52,865 nucleotides of DNA, taken from NCBI RefSeq assembly GCF_004010195.1, contig NC_057718.1, positions 23,606,612 to 23,659,476 on the forward strand. The letters run 5' to 3'. The DNA is from Chiloscyllium plagiosum. Its lineage: Eukaryota. This document shows positions 1 to 10,870 of this stretch, one piece after another. Made by a program: the position numbers and the translations under genes. The notes under the pieces were generated by a model. The model did no database searches. It was not told where the DNA came from and saw nothing but the letters and a program-made list of their open reading frames with translations. Every line of letters begins with the position of its first letter. The stretch's first letter is position 1.

Positions 1-400
1 TTTGAACAGTATAATTTGTCCCTTGCTCCAGTTCCTTTTCTGTAATGCTAATGTTCTACAATAGTAAAGTACAGACCTTAGTGAATACTGTAACCCAGCT
101 GCTGCTATTGAATATAAATGAAGGATTCTGGATTCTTCATGTAGAATTTATTAAACAACAACTGATCTGGTCTGATGTCAACAAGAATGAGACTTATTTG
201 TAACTCCAGATACTCTGGCTGATGTCTTCCTAATGTTCAGCCTTAATGAGTCATCAAACTGTACTTTGTGTCCAAATTTTGCTGAGGGTTTCCATCATCC
301 CAGGATGATAACTGAGTACACTCTGTTCCAAAGCAGCCTATCTTCCTTAATTGCTTAACTGACTGACCGATCCTCCAAAATATTCCACTGCAGTTCATTG
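1..400 (-). mobile_element. Very degraded LTR-retrotransposon pol (RT connection/RNase H) remnant
   Basis: Minus-strand translation gives SVKQLRK and ISITEKEL, resembling the Ty3/Gypsy 'VKQLRRFLG' and 'YSxxEKELLA' motifs; many stops and frameshifts. Confidence 0.3.
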
Positions 401-461
401 AGAGCAATGTATTTAGTGTGTCTCTTTACTCCCTATTCATGGAGCTTTCTAAACCCTTTAG

Positions 462-620
462 GACGTATGGATAGGAGCAGAAGCAAGCCATTCAGCCCAT
501 CTAATCTACTCCATCATTTAATGAGACAATGGTTGATCTGATCATCTTCAACTTTCCTGCCTTTTCACAGTAACGCTGACTGATTAAAAATCTGTCTCAG
601 TCTTTCATATAATTTTCAAT
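462..620 (-). mobile_element. CR1-group LINE 3' end fragment
   Basis: GGAGCAGAAGCAAGCCATTCAGCCC...GTTGATCTGATC matches the CR1 3' UTR seen again near 31205, 35735 and 40400. Confidence 0.6.
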
Positions 621-659
621 GCCTTGTATCCTTGAGCCGAGTTCTGAAAGGGTTGCAGA

Positions 660-1170
660 AGCCGAGAGACCTGAGGGCATATGTGCATAAGTCAGCGATG
701 GTGGCTAGGCAGGTCAAGGGGATACTTACTAAAGCATATAGTGCACTATGCATTGGGGTACAGTGTACAAAAGCAAGGAAGTTATGCTAAACTGGATAGA
801 ACACTGCCTCAACGTCAAATATTCTGGAAACTTTAGGAAAGACCGAAGGGCATTCAAGAAGTTCAGAAAAGGTTCATGAAATTCACTCCAGGCATGAGGA
901 AGCTCAATCACCTTGATAGATAGGGGAAGATGGGGCTGTTCCGTTTTGCAAAGAGAAGGTTGAGAGCAGACTTCCTCGATGGATTCAAAATCATAAGACC
1001 TACAGTAGATCGGGAAAGGATGCTGTCATTTGGTGGAAGGATTAAGAAGCAGTGGGCACAACTTTAAGATACTTGGTTCAAGAAAAGGAAATACAGACAT
1101 CAGCAGGTAATTAGGATATAGAATGCACTGTCTAAGAATATGGAAGTAGATATAATCTGAGTAATCATGG
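660..1170 (+). mobile_element. Old CR1-group LINE ORF2 (RT C-terminal) fragment
   Basis: Degenerate ERDLRAYVHKS...GQV and KSKEVMLN segments homologous to the CR1 copies at 13850 and 37400. Confidence 0.6.
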
Positions 1171-1177
1171 GGTAATT

Positions 1178-1520
1178 AGATTTTGTTTTTAATTCACTCA
1201 TGGAATCTGGGTATTGCTGGCTGTATTGCCCATCCCTATTTGCCCTTGAGAACGTGGTGGTGAGTTGCCCCCTTGAACTGTTGCAGTCCATGAGCTGATG
1301 GTTGACCTGTAACACTGTTAGGGAGGCAGTTCCAGAACTTTGACCCAATGACACTGGATTTACAGTGATATATTTCTGAGTTAGGATGGTGAGTGGCTTG
1401 GAGGGGAGCTTGTAGATGGTGATGTTCCCATATATCTGCTGCTCTTGTCCTTCCAGATGGAAGTGATTGTGGGTTTGGAAGGAGCCTTGGCGAATTTCTG
1501 CAGTGCATCCTGAAGATGGC
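1178..1520 (-). mobile_element. LINE family B (CR1/L2 group) 3' end
   Basis: Reverse complement ends CAGTTCAAGGGGGCAACTCACCACCAC...GGGATGGGCAATA...ATGAGTGAATTAAAAA; the same tail occurs near 3870-3960, 20933, 27640 and 28940. Confidence 0.75.
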
Positions 1521-2036
1521 TCAGCATCAAAATATGGAAAGGAAGAGTGTGTATAACTACAGGGAGAAGGTAGAAGAGTGGCAGTGGGAGAATTCTCCTT
1601 CAGAGAGCCAGCACAGACACACCTGACTAATGTTCTTCTTTAGTGCTGTAACCATTTCATGAAGTTGAGGTCAGAAATGGTGAGAGGTGGATAGGAGCAA
1701 AATATTGTGATATGTCACACAGTTAGTGTGCAGTATCCATTTGAAACATGTTCATAATGTAAAGAAAACATCATAACATATGACCTGAGGTTATAACTTT
1801 CTCCAACTCCAACACATGTTGATGAAAGCTGGCAACTGTTGGTAACTGGATAACTTGATATTAGTCCAGATGCTGAAGCACTTGGCACAAAGAAAGATGG
1901 TTATGGCGGTTGAGGTCAGTCATCTCAACTCCAGGACATCTCTGCAGGAGTTCCTCAGGGTTGTGTCCTAGGCCCAATCACCTTCAGCTCCTTCATAAAC
2001 GTTCTCCCCTCCATCATAAGGTCAGAAGTGGACACA

Positions 2037-2200
2037 TTTTATCTCTCCACCCTGAAGACTTCCTGCTTCTATTCCTGATGAAGGGCTTTTGCCCAAAACG
2101 TCGATTTTCCTGCTCCTTGGATGCTGCCTGACCTGCTGTGATTTTCCAGCACCACTCTGACCTAAACATTGGTTTCCAGTACCTGCAGTCCTCACTTTTT
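2037..2200 (+). mobile_element. PLE family A pseudo-LTR plus tail
   Basis: ATTCCTGATGAAGGGCTTTTGCCCAAAACGTCGATT...CTGCAGTCCTCACTTT; the same unit terminates the GIY-YIG-bearing copies at 21810-22443 and 25071-25718. Confidence 0.75.
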
Positions 2201-2226
2201 CCATGTTTGTCAATTGTTGCATAATG

Positions 2227-2316
2227 CTGAAAATGTGTTGCTGGAAAAGCGCAGCAGGTCAGGCAGCATCCAGGGAACAGGAGAATCGACGTTTCGGGCA
2301 TAAGCCCTTCTTCAGG
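2227..2316 (-). mobile_element. 90-bp PLE family A insertion (hammerhead motif plus 3' end)
   Basis: Flanked by the 15-bp direct repeat AATTGTTGCATAATG (2212-2226, 2317-2331). Confidence 0.85.
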
Positions 2317-2319
2317 AAT
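2283..2319 (-). ncRNA. Minimal type I hammerhead ribozyme motif (PLE-associated)
   Basis: Reverse complement ATTC-CTGAAGA-A-GGGC-TTAT-GCCC-GAAA-CG-TC-GATT: CUGANGA box, 4-bp stem II, GAAA box and UH site. Confidence 0.65.
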
Positions 2320-3403
2320 TGTTGCATAATGTTCAGTATCATCTTTGATCTAGAAAATTTCAAGATTTGAACAAGTAGCAAATAGCATTTATGCCACACA
2401 TGTACCAGGTAATGATAATTTCCAACAGGCAGAATCTAACCATCACTCTTTGACATTCAATGGCATCGCCCATCACTCAATCCCCTCAGCTCAACAAGGG
2501 GGTTACCATGGACCAGGGACTAAACAGAACTAGTCATATAAATACTGTGGCTTCAGAAGCAGGTCATAGGCTTGGAATCTTGCAGTGAGTAACTCACCTC
2601 CTGACATCCAAAAATCTGTCCACCAACCAGTCAGGGGTGTGATGGAATAGTCACAACTCACCAGGATAAGTACAGCTCGGACAATACTTAAGAAGCTTGA
2701 TATCATCTGAAACAAAGCAGCCTGATTGATTGGCACCACGTCCACAATCATTCAGTCTTCCCATCACTGACGCTCAGTTGAAGTAATGTGTGCTATCTGC
2801 ATGATCTGCAGAAATTCACCAAGGCTATTTAGACAGCACTTTACAAATCCACAACCATCCACAATCAATGCCATGGAAATTCTGAGGTCACGAAAGTTTT
2901 TTTTTTAAATAGCACTTCTTCAAATCTAATAACCTGATATAATTTTCAGGCAGGCTTTTAAATGGTGCTCCAATACTCTTGGCCAAATTACACAAACCAG
3001 AATCCTACTCTGTTGTCTGACTAATTGTAATCTTTGCAGAGCAATGGTTCAGATCACCTCCTTGTGGCCACAGCAGTCTTGGTGAGACCTGGCGAGTTTG
3101 CACCTATTTCATGCCCAAATCGAAATTTCCCCTCTCCATACTCTACCACCCCCCCCCCCCCCCCCCCAAACCTCTGATTTACATCTTGTTAGATCCAGTC
3201 ACTCAAAACATTTCTAAATTTAATTCCTCCATGTCATTCACTGGAGCAAAATTTATGTTCACAGTTCAAAAGGAGAAATATGTCACCGAAATCTTTTGGA
3301 GTGTGAAGCACAATCTCTTATTCTCATATTTACTATAAATACTGATTATAGCCAAAGCTCAAACGCATTAATAGTAATCGAGTAAATATTTGAACAATAT
3401 AAG

Positions 3404-3962
3404 GAACTAGTCATATAAATACTGTGGCTTCAGGAGCAGGTCAGAGACTTGGAATCTTGCAGTGAGTGACTCACCTCCTGACACCCAAAAATCAGAATAG
3501 TCACAACTGACCAGGATAAGTACACTCCGACAATACTTAAGAAGCTTGATATCACCTGAAACAAAGCACCACGTCCACAATCATTCAGTCTTTCCATCAC
3601 TAACACTCAGTTGAAGTAATGTGTGCTATCTGCACGATCTGCAGAAATTCACCAAGGCTATTTAGACGGCACTTTCCAAATCCACAACCATCTGGAAGGA
3701 CCAGGTTGACAGACATACGGGAACACCACCATCTGCAGGTTTCCTTCCAAAATGCTCACCAACTTGACTTGGAATATTTTCCTTATTCCTTCGGTCACTA
3801 AGTTGAAATCCTAGAGCTCCCTCCTTGGTTACAGTATGGGTATACCTATTGCCCAGGGATAGCAACAGTTTAAGAAGGCAGCTCACTTTCTCGAGGGCAG
3901 CTAACAATGGGCAACAAACACTATCGTAGCTCGCAAGACCCACTTCCCATAAAAATGAATTG
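3404..3962 (+). mobile_element. LINE family B 3' portion; 3404-3692 duplicates 2527-2859
   Basis: Near-identical to 2527-2859, then continues to the family B 3' tail. Confidence 0.8.
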
Positions 3963-5097
3963 AAACATCAAGTACCTGTGATTGCAGTATATGCATGTAT
4001 CCCGACCTGTAATGAGCACCTATTGAATATTTCAGTACCATGTTATTCATGTCTAATTCTTGCATTGCAGGATTGTTACATTAATTATAAATATCCTGTG
4101 GGAGGCAAAATCCACACCATGGTGGTTGTTCAAAAGTGGCAAAAAGACTGGGCAATCCACAAACTAATGGATGTCTGTCTGTCACTTCCAGTGTGCAGTA
4201 GTTTAACCTTTCAGATCATTGATGTGAGTGACGTGAGGGAGGCTAATAAATAAGTTAAAATTTAATGGCAGAGTATTCTGCAGGTTGATAGCTGTCAGTT
4301 ATTAGAAGCATTAATGGTCCAACTATGATTATGAACCATTTAGTGACAACCATTTATCTTGACTTGTGTCCATAACTGGTTAAAAACTATAGTATTCTCT
4401 TTTGAAACAGCCCTTGTCTAACCTAATTTGTTATCTAGCGTTACAAGACAAGCTCCTGCAGCACAACAACTGGGGCTGTAACAATTGTTGCCCACAGCTG
4501 TGAAGCTTGAATAATTCTGGTATCTAAAAACCGCTTGAAAATAATACAAAAAGTTACTGTTTGAAGCTCTCCTGTGCAGTCCATTTAAGTTAATCAGCCA
4601 GTGCAAATCAGGGGACTAAAGCAGTGCAGGCTCTGAAGCAAATTGGCCTCCTGCATTTTCAGTCGTTAGCGTGCAGAGCTGATCCTCATTTGAAATGACA
4701 TTTATCCCATCCATTGGTTTGCAATTGACGGTGTCATTGGATGGACCTAGGACTCGAAATAAGGAAATAGTAAAACCATGTACATGTGAGAGTGCATTGT
4801 TTCAATGCATATATGACTTCAAACACTGTGCCAATTTACAGCAGACTAGACTTTAATACTACTGCCAGTCTCATGCTGAGGAATAACTTCTAAACCAAGT
4901 CTGATTAAGCCCATCCAAATGATGTGGCAGTAGGCAGAAGGAGACACAGAAGTTTGAAAAGATGAGTAGTTGGCTATTAAGACACATCAATGCAAAAATT
5001 ATTCTTCTATCCCCACAAGTGTACTGGAGACTTGAGAAGAAAGCTTGACCTTAGTCTAAGGGAGTGGTAAAAGTATGGACCCTGCTGTCAGGGGTGT

Positions 5098-5402
5098 TTA
5101 GATTACTTACAGTGTGGAAACAGGCCCTTTGGCCCAACAAGTCCACACCGGCCCTCCGAAGAGCAACCCACCCAGACCCATTCCCCTTCACCTCACACTA
5201 CGGGCAATTTAGCATGGCCAATTCACCTAACCTGCACATTTTTGGACTGTGGGAGGAAACCAGAGCACCCGGAGGAAACCCATGCAGACACTGGGAGGAG
5301 AATGTGCAAACTCCACACAGACAGTTGCCTGAGGCAGGAATTGAACCTGGGTCTCTGGTGCTGTGAGGCAGCAGTGCTAACCACTGTGCCACCGTGCTGC
5401 CC
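5098..5402 (-). mobile_element. HE1-type tRNA-derived V-SINE
   Basis: Reverse complement has A box TGGCACAGTGG, B box GGTTCAATTCC, central GGGTTTCCTCCGGGTGCTC region and a CR1-like tail. Confidence 0.9.
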
Positions 5403-5409
5403 AAAAAAT

Positions 5410-5615
5410 ATGGAACGCTTCACGAATTTGCGTGTCATTGGTGAAGGCAGATACGATAGGGGCATTTAAGAGTCTTTTAGATAAGTACATGAATATGTGG
5501 GGAATGGAGGGATATGAACCAAAGGCAGGCAGAGGGGTTTAGTATAATTAGGCATCATGTTTGGTAGAAGATTGTAGGCTGCAGCTCTTGTTCCGGTGCT
5601 GTACAGTTCTATGTA
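5410..5615 (+). mobile_element. CR1 LINE 3' end
   Basis: GCATTTAAGAGTCTTTTAGATAAGTACATGAAT...GTGCTGTACAGTTCTATG, as at 14550-14695. Confidence 0.7.
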
Positions 5616-6516
5616 AACTGATTGAAATTTCTCAGACTTGGGAGATTGGATAAATGGGAGAGAATTTGTGGAATGTATTGTACAGGTATAAAAGGTTCTG
5701 AAGGGGTTAATGCTGAGGAGTGCCTTAAGCACCAACCACTGTTAGGATGTTATGTAGACTTGAGGACCGAACAGTTAATATTGCAAAGAAGTGAGATCTA
5801 ATACCTGATCCTCCACAACATTTCTGTAACAATATCTATCACATCTGTTTAATATGTTAAAATATTTGAAATGCAAACTAAAATTACACGTCTGGTCTGT
5901 TTTGTTGCAGAGAAAACAGTTTTCTTTTACATTCCAATTCAAAGGGAATGTGGAGCTGGGTGGTCACTTATTTAAAGTACAGACTTCAGGAATCATGTAG
6001 GAAAAACCACAAAAGAAACTGGACTCATTCTGTAAAATACTAAGGAAATAGAAATCATTTATGAAATCCACAGATGGCAGAATTCACACAGACAAGCCAC
6101 AAAAAAGGTACAGATCTTTGATTATACACAAATCATGGCAATCCTCCAATTTATTTGCAAAAAAACATGAAAATGTTCTGACCGTAGAAACTTGGAAAAC
6201 TCTCTGGTTAGTGCAGTATGCAGCAACAGCATGTATATCACGTCAAACACTCAAGGCAAGGAAAATAAATAATCACATTCGAAAGAAATGGCCTCAGAAA
6301 TAGTATTATCAGATTGACTACAGTCAAATCCTTATCCTAAACTATTGTAAAATGGGAGATCATCACATGTTGGGAAGCCTTCAGGCAGTTTGAAAATATT
6401 CACTGTTCTTGCACAACTGCAAAAGTGAAGAAAAACAAAGAAAAGCTGCATTTGAGATGGGGAAGCAGGTATGCACTCCAATTCTCATGTCAGGAATTGT
6501 CACTGTCTGAAATAAC

Positions 6517-6740
6517 TGCACAAAGGCCGGTAACCTGTCACCAAGTCACCCTTCATTTATATGTGCATCAGACATGGGCTTTGACCAGTCAGCTTCAATC
6601 CAGTCTCGAGACTGAGGAGACTTTCTGAATCTCCTGTTTATATGTGTCAGCCAGGGCTCCCTGATTGACCCAGCTTAAAAGCCCCAATTAGGGATTGCAT
6701 AGTCAATGAGGTGCACCTGGCCCTGGTTCCAAACACCACA
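6517..6740 (-). mobile_element. Probable short solo LTR
   Basis: Homologous to 24855-25070 (CAAGTCACC...CCTGATTG...CAGCCCCA...CACCTGGC); reverse complement begins TGTGG; no coding capacity. Confidence 0.45.
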
Positions 6741-7064
6741 CTGTCTAGTTTTGATCCAGTGAGTGAGAAAATAGGAAACTATATTTCAATGAGGCAAGAT
6801 TTGGTACTAATGACATGTAAATGCATGCAAATATGTCTCACACTACCCACAATGTCTCACCTTTCAAATGTTATTTGCAGAATTGCACTTCTTTCTCTTG
6901 ACATCAAGAATCTTCCGATATTATCATTATTTTCCCACTGCGTCGTCATTGCCTACATCATTCCGGGCTGGGAAAATTGAGCTGAATGTCTGTCACAGCA
7001 TGCAGCTTACAAATCATGTCTTGTTTAATACAAGAGCCTCTCTGTGGGAGTCTATAATGTGGAA

Positions 7065-7385
7065 GTGTTAGCCCAGTGGTATTATCATGCAGTTATTAAT
7101 CCAGAGACCGAGGTAATGTTGTGAGGACCCAGGTTTGAATCCCATTGCGGCAAATGGTGAAGTTTGTATTTGATCATAATCTGGAATTATGAGTCTCAAG
7201 ATAATCATGAAACCATTGCCAGGGAAAAAAAACTAATCTAGTTCACTATTGTCTTTTAGGGAAGGAAACTGCCATCTTAATCTAATTTGGACTACTGCTG
7301 TCAAGTTGTCTGTGCAATTAGAGATGGGCTGATGTAGCCAATCCAGCCAGCAATATCCACATACCGTGAATAAATAGGGAAAACA
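7065..7385 (+). mobile_element. tRNA-derived SINE with LINE family B 3' tail
   Basis: A-box-like TAGCCCAGTGG, B-box-like GGTTTGAATCC; tail GCAATTAGAGATGGGC...CCACATACCGTGAATAAATA resembles the family B 3' end. Confidence 0.65.
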
Positions 7386-7482
7386 AAACAAGATGATCAA
7401 TTTGTTTTCTTCTACCACGCTAGACCAAGTAGAACTTGTAGATTCCTAACTTGGACGAGTCTGGTAGCAGTCAATCTATCTC

Positions 7483-7585
7483 AGTTCTGGAGAAGGGTCA
7501 TTGGACCCGAGATGTTAACGTTACTTTCTCTCCACAGATGCTGCCAGACCTGCTGAGGTTCTGAGCAACTTCTGTTTTTGCTTTA
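7483..7585 (+). mobile_element. Old PLE-derived pseudo-LTR (family D); related copies near 7695-7800(-), 26395-26540, 27025-27170, 39440-39560(-), 50812-50910
   Basis: CTGGAGAAGGGTCATTGGACCCGAGATGTTAAC...GATGCTGCCAGACCTGCTG; decayed hammerhead layout and shared GATGCTGCC..ACCTGCTG box. Confidence 0.6.
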
Positions 7586-8684
7586 ATACAGAGCCTGTAC
7601 AACATAATGTCCAATGTTTAGAGATTCCTCATACAACAGAAAGGGCAAATCTAATGAGCCGAATCATGCTTTTCCTGTAAAGTATGATCCAAGATAAAAT
7701 ACTACAGACCGGAAATAAAAACAGAAAGTACCGAAAAACCCTTAGCAAAATCAGAGAGTATCCATGGAGAGAGAGACAGAGTAAATGTTTCAGGTTGATA
7801 CTCTTTGAGCAGTCTATGTTATATTTGCTCTTCTTTCTTCACTTGCTACAGTTATTATGAATGTATTCAGAGAATACACTGCACAGAAAATCCAAACATT
7901 TCCTTATTTTTAACTTCTGTTTCTAATTTATTGCTCTTCTCCCTGTCCAGGGTTGGGAAGGCTAGTCATGTGTCATTAATACATTTGGTTTTGGCTTTGT
8001 TAGTGCAGACTGAACTCCACGGTTGCTATGAAACAGGAACCAGAGATGTTTCATTTAGCTTTTATTAAGCTGGATAGCCTAAAGGTTTGTGAATGTGATC
8101 CAGCTCTCACTACTGCTCAAATTCAATAGTGATTTCAAATATCCAGTCTACAGTACGTTTTGAAGAAAAATTGGGTTTATTTACTCAAAATTGTGAGTTA
8201 AAGGGGGCCAAATTTCATCTGCTGCCTGCTCCATTATTTTCTGAGAGCAGGTTTGCATTGGCAGGAAAATTGGCGAGACTTCCATTACAGCTGAGATTAT
8301 GTGAACTTCAACCCCATCCCCAAAACATGTGGCCTGCTGCTTTGAAATGGGAGAGTTTCATGTCAGTGTGGAGGAGCTAACTGCAATGATAGCAGAATTG
8401 CACGTGGTGCTGTTGACATAGCCAACAAATGTGTGTACCCATGCAGCTAAAGGTAGACAAAAGTTTTCAAAGGTTTGACATTTCAAATTATCCATCTCAA
8501 TATCGTTATTTCATTCTGACTGCCAATCCATTAGTGATGCCATGAGCTGAAACTCACTCCAACAGTAATATCAGTCAGTATAACAAATCATTGAGGGGAG
8601 CAACAACATTTTCTCAAGAAAACTGAGATACCAGGTGTAGGTCTACAAGACTGAACTCCAGCAGGAGATTTAAGTAAAATAATC

Positions 8685-8897
8685 ATAGTCCCAGAAAACC
8701 ATACAACTGCCCTCTCATAAGAGAGAGATGACTGATGGTGTTCTAACCTGAAGGTCCCTCACTCCTCAGGTGAGGGGCAATTCAAAAAGGTGGGAACTTC
8801 ATGGTGACCTTAGTTGGTACGGGAATTGAACCTGCACTATTCCTGTCACTCTACATTATAAACTAGCCATCCAGCCAACCGAGTTAACAAAGCCCCA
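8685..8897 (-). mobile_element. Old tRNA-derived SINE
   Basis: Reverse complement starts GGGGCTTTGTTAACTCGGTTGGCTGG and has a B box GGTTCAATTCCC. Confidence 0.55.
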
Positions 8898-9487
8898 GAG
8901 GTGCCAGCAGAAATAGGAGTTCAAGCAGGAACCTCTTAATTTTATTAATTGTAGAAAATCATGTTCTCAACCCAACATATCATTTTGCAAAAACCAAAAA
9001 TTGGTCAAATGGTTGACTGTGTGAAAGAAGGTGTTGGGTTTCAAAAGGATGTAAACAGATTGGTCAGATGGGCATATAAGTGGCAGATGGAATTTTATCC
9101 TGATAACCCCGAGGTGATGTGCTTTGAGAGAAGCAACAAGTCAAGGGAGTACTCATTGAATGTCAGGACACTAGGAAGTTCAGAAGAATAGAGGGAACTT
9201 GGGTGTTTCAGATCCCTAAAGATGGCAGGACAGGTTAATAGAGTAGTTAAGAAAGCATACAGGACAATTGCCTTTGTCAGTCATGGCATAATTATAAGTG
9301 TGAGGCAGTCATGTTGTAGTTGTACAGAAGTTTTGGTCAGGCCACAACTGGAATATTGTGTGCAGTTCTGGTTACTGCACTATAGGAAGGATGGGATTGC
9401 ACTGGAGGGGGTGCAAAGGTGATTCACCAGGTTATTACCTGGGATTCAGCATTCCAGAAAGGCTAGGTAAGTCAGGTTTTCATTTAG

Positions 9488-9699
9488 GATTAGAGTGGTG
9501 CTGGAAAAGCAAAGCAGGTCAAACAGCATCCGAGGAACAGGAACATCTACATTTCAGGCAGGAGCCCTTCCTGATAAATGGCTCCTGCCTGAAATGTGGA
9601 TTTTCCTGCTCCTCAGATGCTGCCTGACCTGCTGTGCTTTTCCAGTACCACTATCATCTTGACTCTAATCTCCAGCCTCTGCAGTCCTCACTTTCACCT
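9488..9699. mobile_element. PLE family A inverted (hairpin) insertion with unpaired 3' tail
   Basis: 9488-9568 is approximately the reverse complement of 9578-9660, followed by the tail CTCCAGCCTCTGCAGTCCTCACTTT. Confidence 0.8.
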
Positions 9700-9761
9700 T
9701 ATTTTCTTAAGAGCAGATTAGGTTGAGTGGGTCATGATAGAGATGCATAAGAATCACTGAA

Positions 9762-10110
9762 TCATAGAATAGAATCTCTACAGTGTGGAAACAGGTGCTT
9801 CAGCCCAACAGGTCCACACCGACCCTCTGAAGAGTAACCCACCCAGGCCCATTCCCTCTACCCAAAAGTTACCCCTGACTAATACACCTAACCTACACAT
9901 CCCTGAACACTATGGATAATGTAACACGGCCATTTAACCTGACCTGCACATCTTTGGGCTGTGGGAGAAAACCGGAGCACCCAGAGGAAACCCACACAGA
10001 CACGGGGAGAATGTACGAACTCCACACAGTCAGTCACCTGAGGTTGAAATCAACCTTGGGTCATTGATGCTGTGAGGCAGCAGTGCTAACCACTAAGCCA
10101 TTGTGCCACC
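9762..10110 (-). mobile_element. HE1-type V-SINE
   Basis: Colinear with 5098-5402. Confidence 0.9.
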
Positions 10111-10707
10111 AGAGTGTGAGGGGCATGGACAGGGTGAATAGAAAACAGCTGTTCCCTTAGTCAAAAGGTCAACAACAATGGGTTTAATTTTAAAGCATAA
10201 GGCAGGAGGTTTAGAGGGGATTCAAGGAAAACCTTCCACTCAGAAGTTGATGGCAATCTAGAATGCACTGCCTCAGAGGGTAGTTGAGGTGGGAAACCTC
10301 TGAACTGGTAACAAGTACCTGGATGAGCACTTGAAGTGTCATAACATCCAAGGCTATGGATCTAGTGCAGGAAAGTGGGACTAGTATAGATAATGGTGCC
10401 TTTTTGGCAGCACTGCTTTAATGGACCGAATGGCCTATATTGTACCATATGATTCTATGATTTTATGATCCTATTCTACCAGTGGATCTGAAATACCAGT
10501 TGTGAAACTATTCCCTTCGATTAAAAAGTTCCAGTAATAACATTTTGGATCGTTAGCATAACTCCCTCCATGATATCATTCTAATATCATTTTAATATCA
10601 TTCTTCACTCAATTCAAATTTGTCTGAATATGTTGGCAAATTCAGAGTTTTTGACTAGGCTAACGCTCACCACGCAATGTCTTGGGACCGAAATCCTTCG
10701 AAAGTAA

Positions 10708-10870
10708 GCTAGCCCTGGTCAGCATTTATCTCTCAATCAACATCATTAAAACAGACTATCTGACCACTATCACATTGCTATTTATGGAACCTCACTGCGC
10801 ACAAATTGGCTGCTGTGTTTCCTATATTTCAACAGTTCAAGAGTGTCTCACTGGATTTACAGTGAAATCA
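10708..10870 (+). mobile_element. Ancient DeuSINE-like (SacSINE1/AmnSINE-type) 3' fragment; related pieces near 16890-16995(-) and 32560-32850
   Basis: CATTTATCTCTCAATCAACATCATTAAAACAGACTATCTG...CAAATTGGCTGCTGTGTTTCCTA resembles the DeuSINE central/tail region as I recall it; not checked against a library. Confidence 0.55.

Larger units (their letters stand above)
1878..2859 (+). mobile_element. LINE family B reverse-transcriptase fragment, interrupted by two PLE insertions
   Basis: Translates QSSQLQDISAGVPQGCVLGPITFSSFINVLPSIIRSEV, then a degenerate FADD-equivalent motif after the inserts. Confidence 0.8.
8990..10470 (+). mobile_element. CR1/HER1-type LINE 3' part, interrupted by a PLE hairpin and an HE1 SINE
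   Basis: KIGQMVDCVKEG..FQKDVNRLVRWAYKWQMEF and LVRPQLEYCVQFW; ends in ATGATTCTATGATT. Confidence 0.85.

Noticed and set aside
3148..3167. Poly-C/G runs (also 29453-29473, 30849-30865) as G-quadruplex elements
   Set aside because: Simple homopolymers, length-unreliable in assemblies, with no further structure.
5330..5402. tRNA-like A and B boxes (also near 7070, 8820-8897, 10040, 12290-12350, 12720, 23610, 26560)
   Set aside because: These are SINE heads without a full cloverleaf, not tRNA genes.
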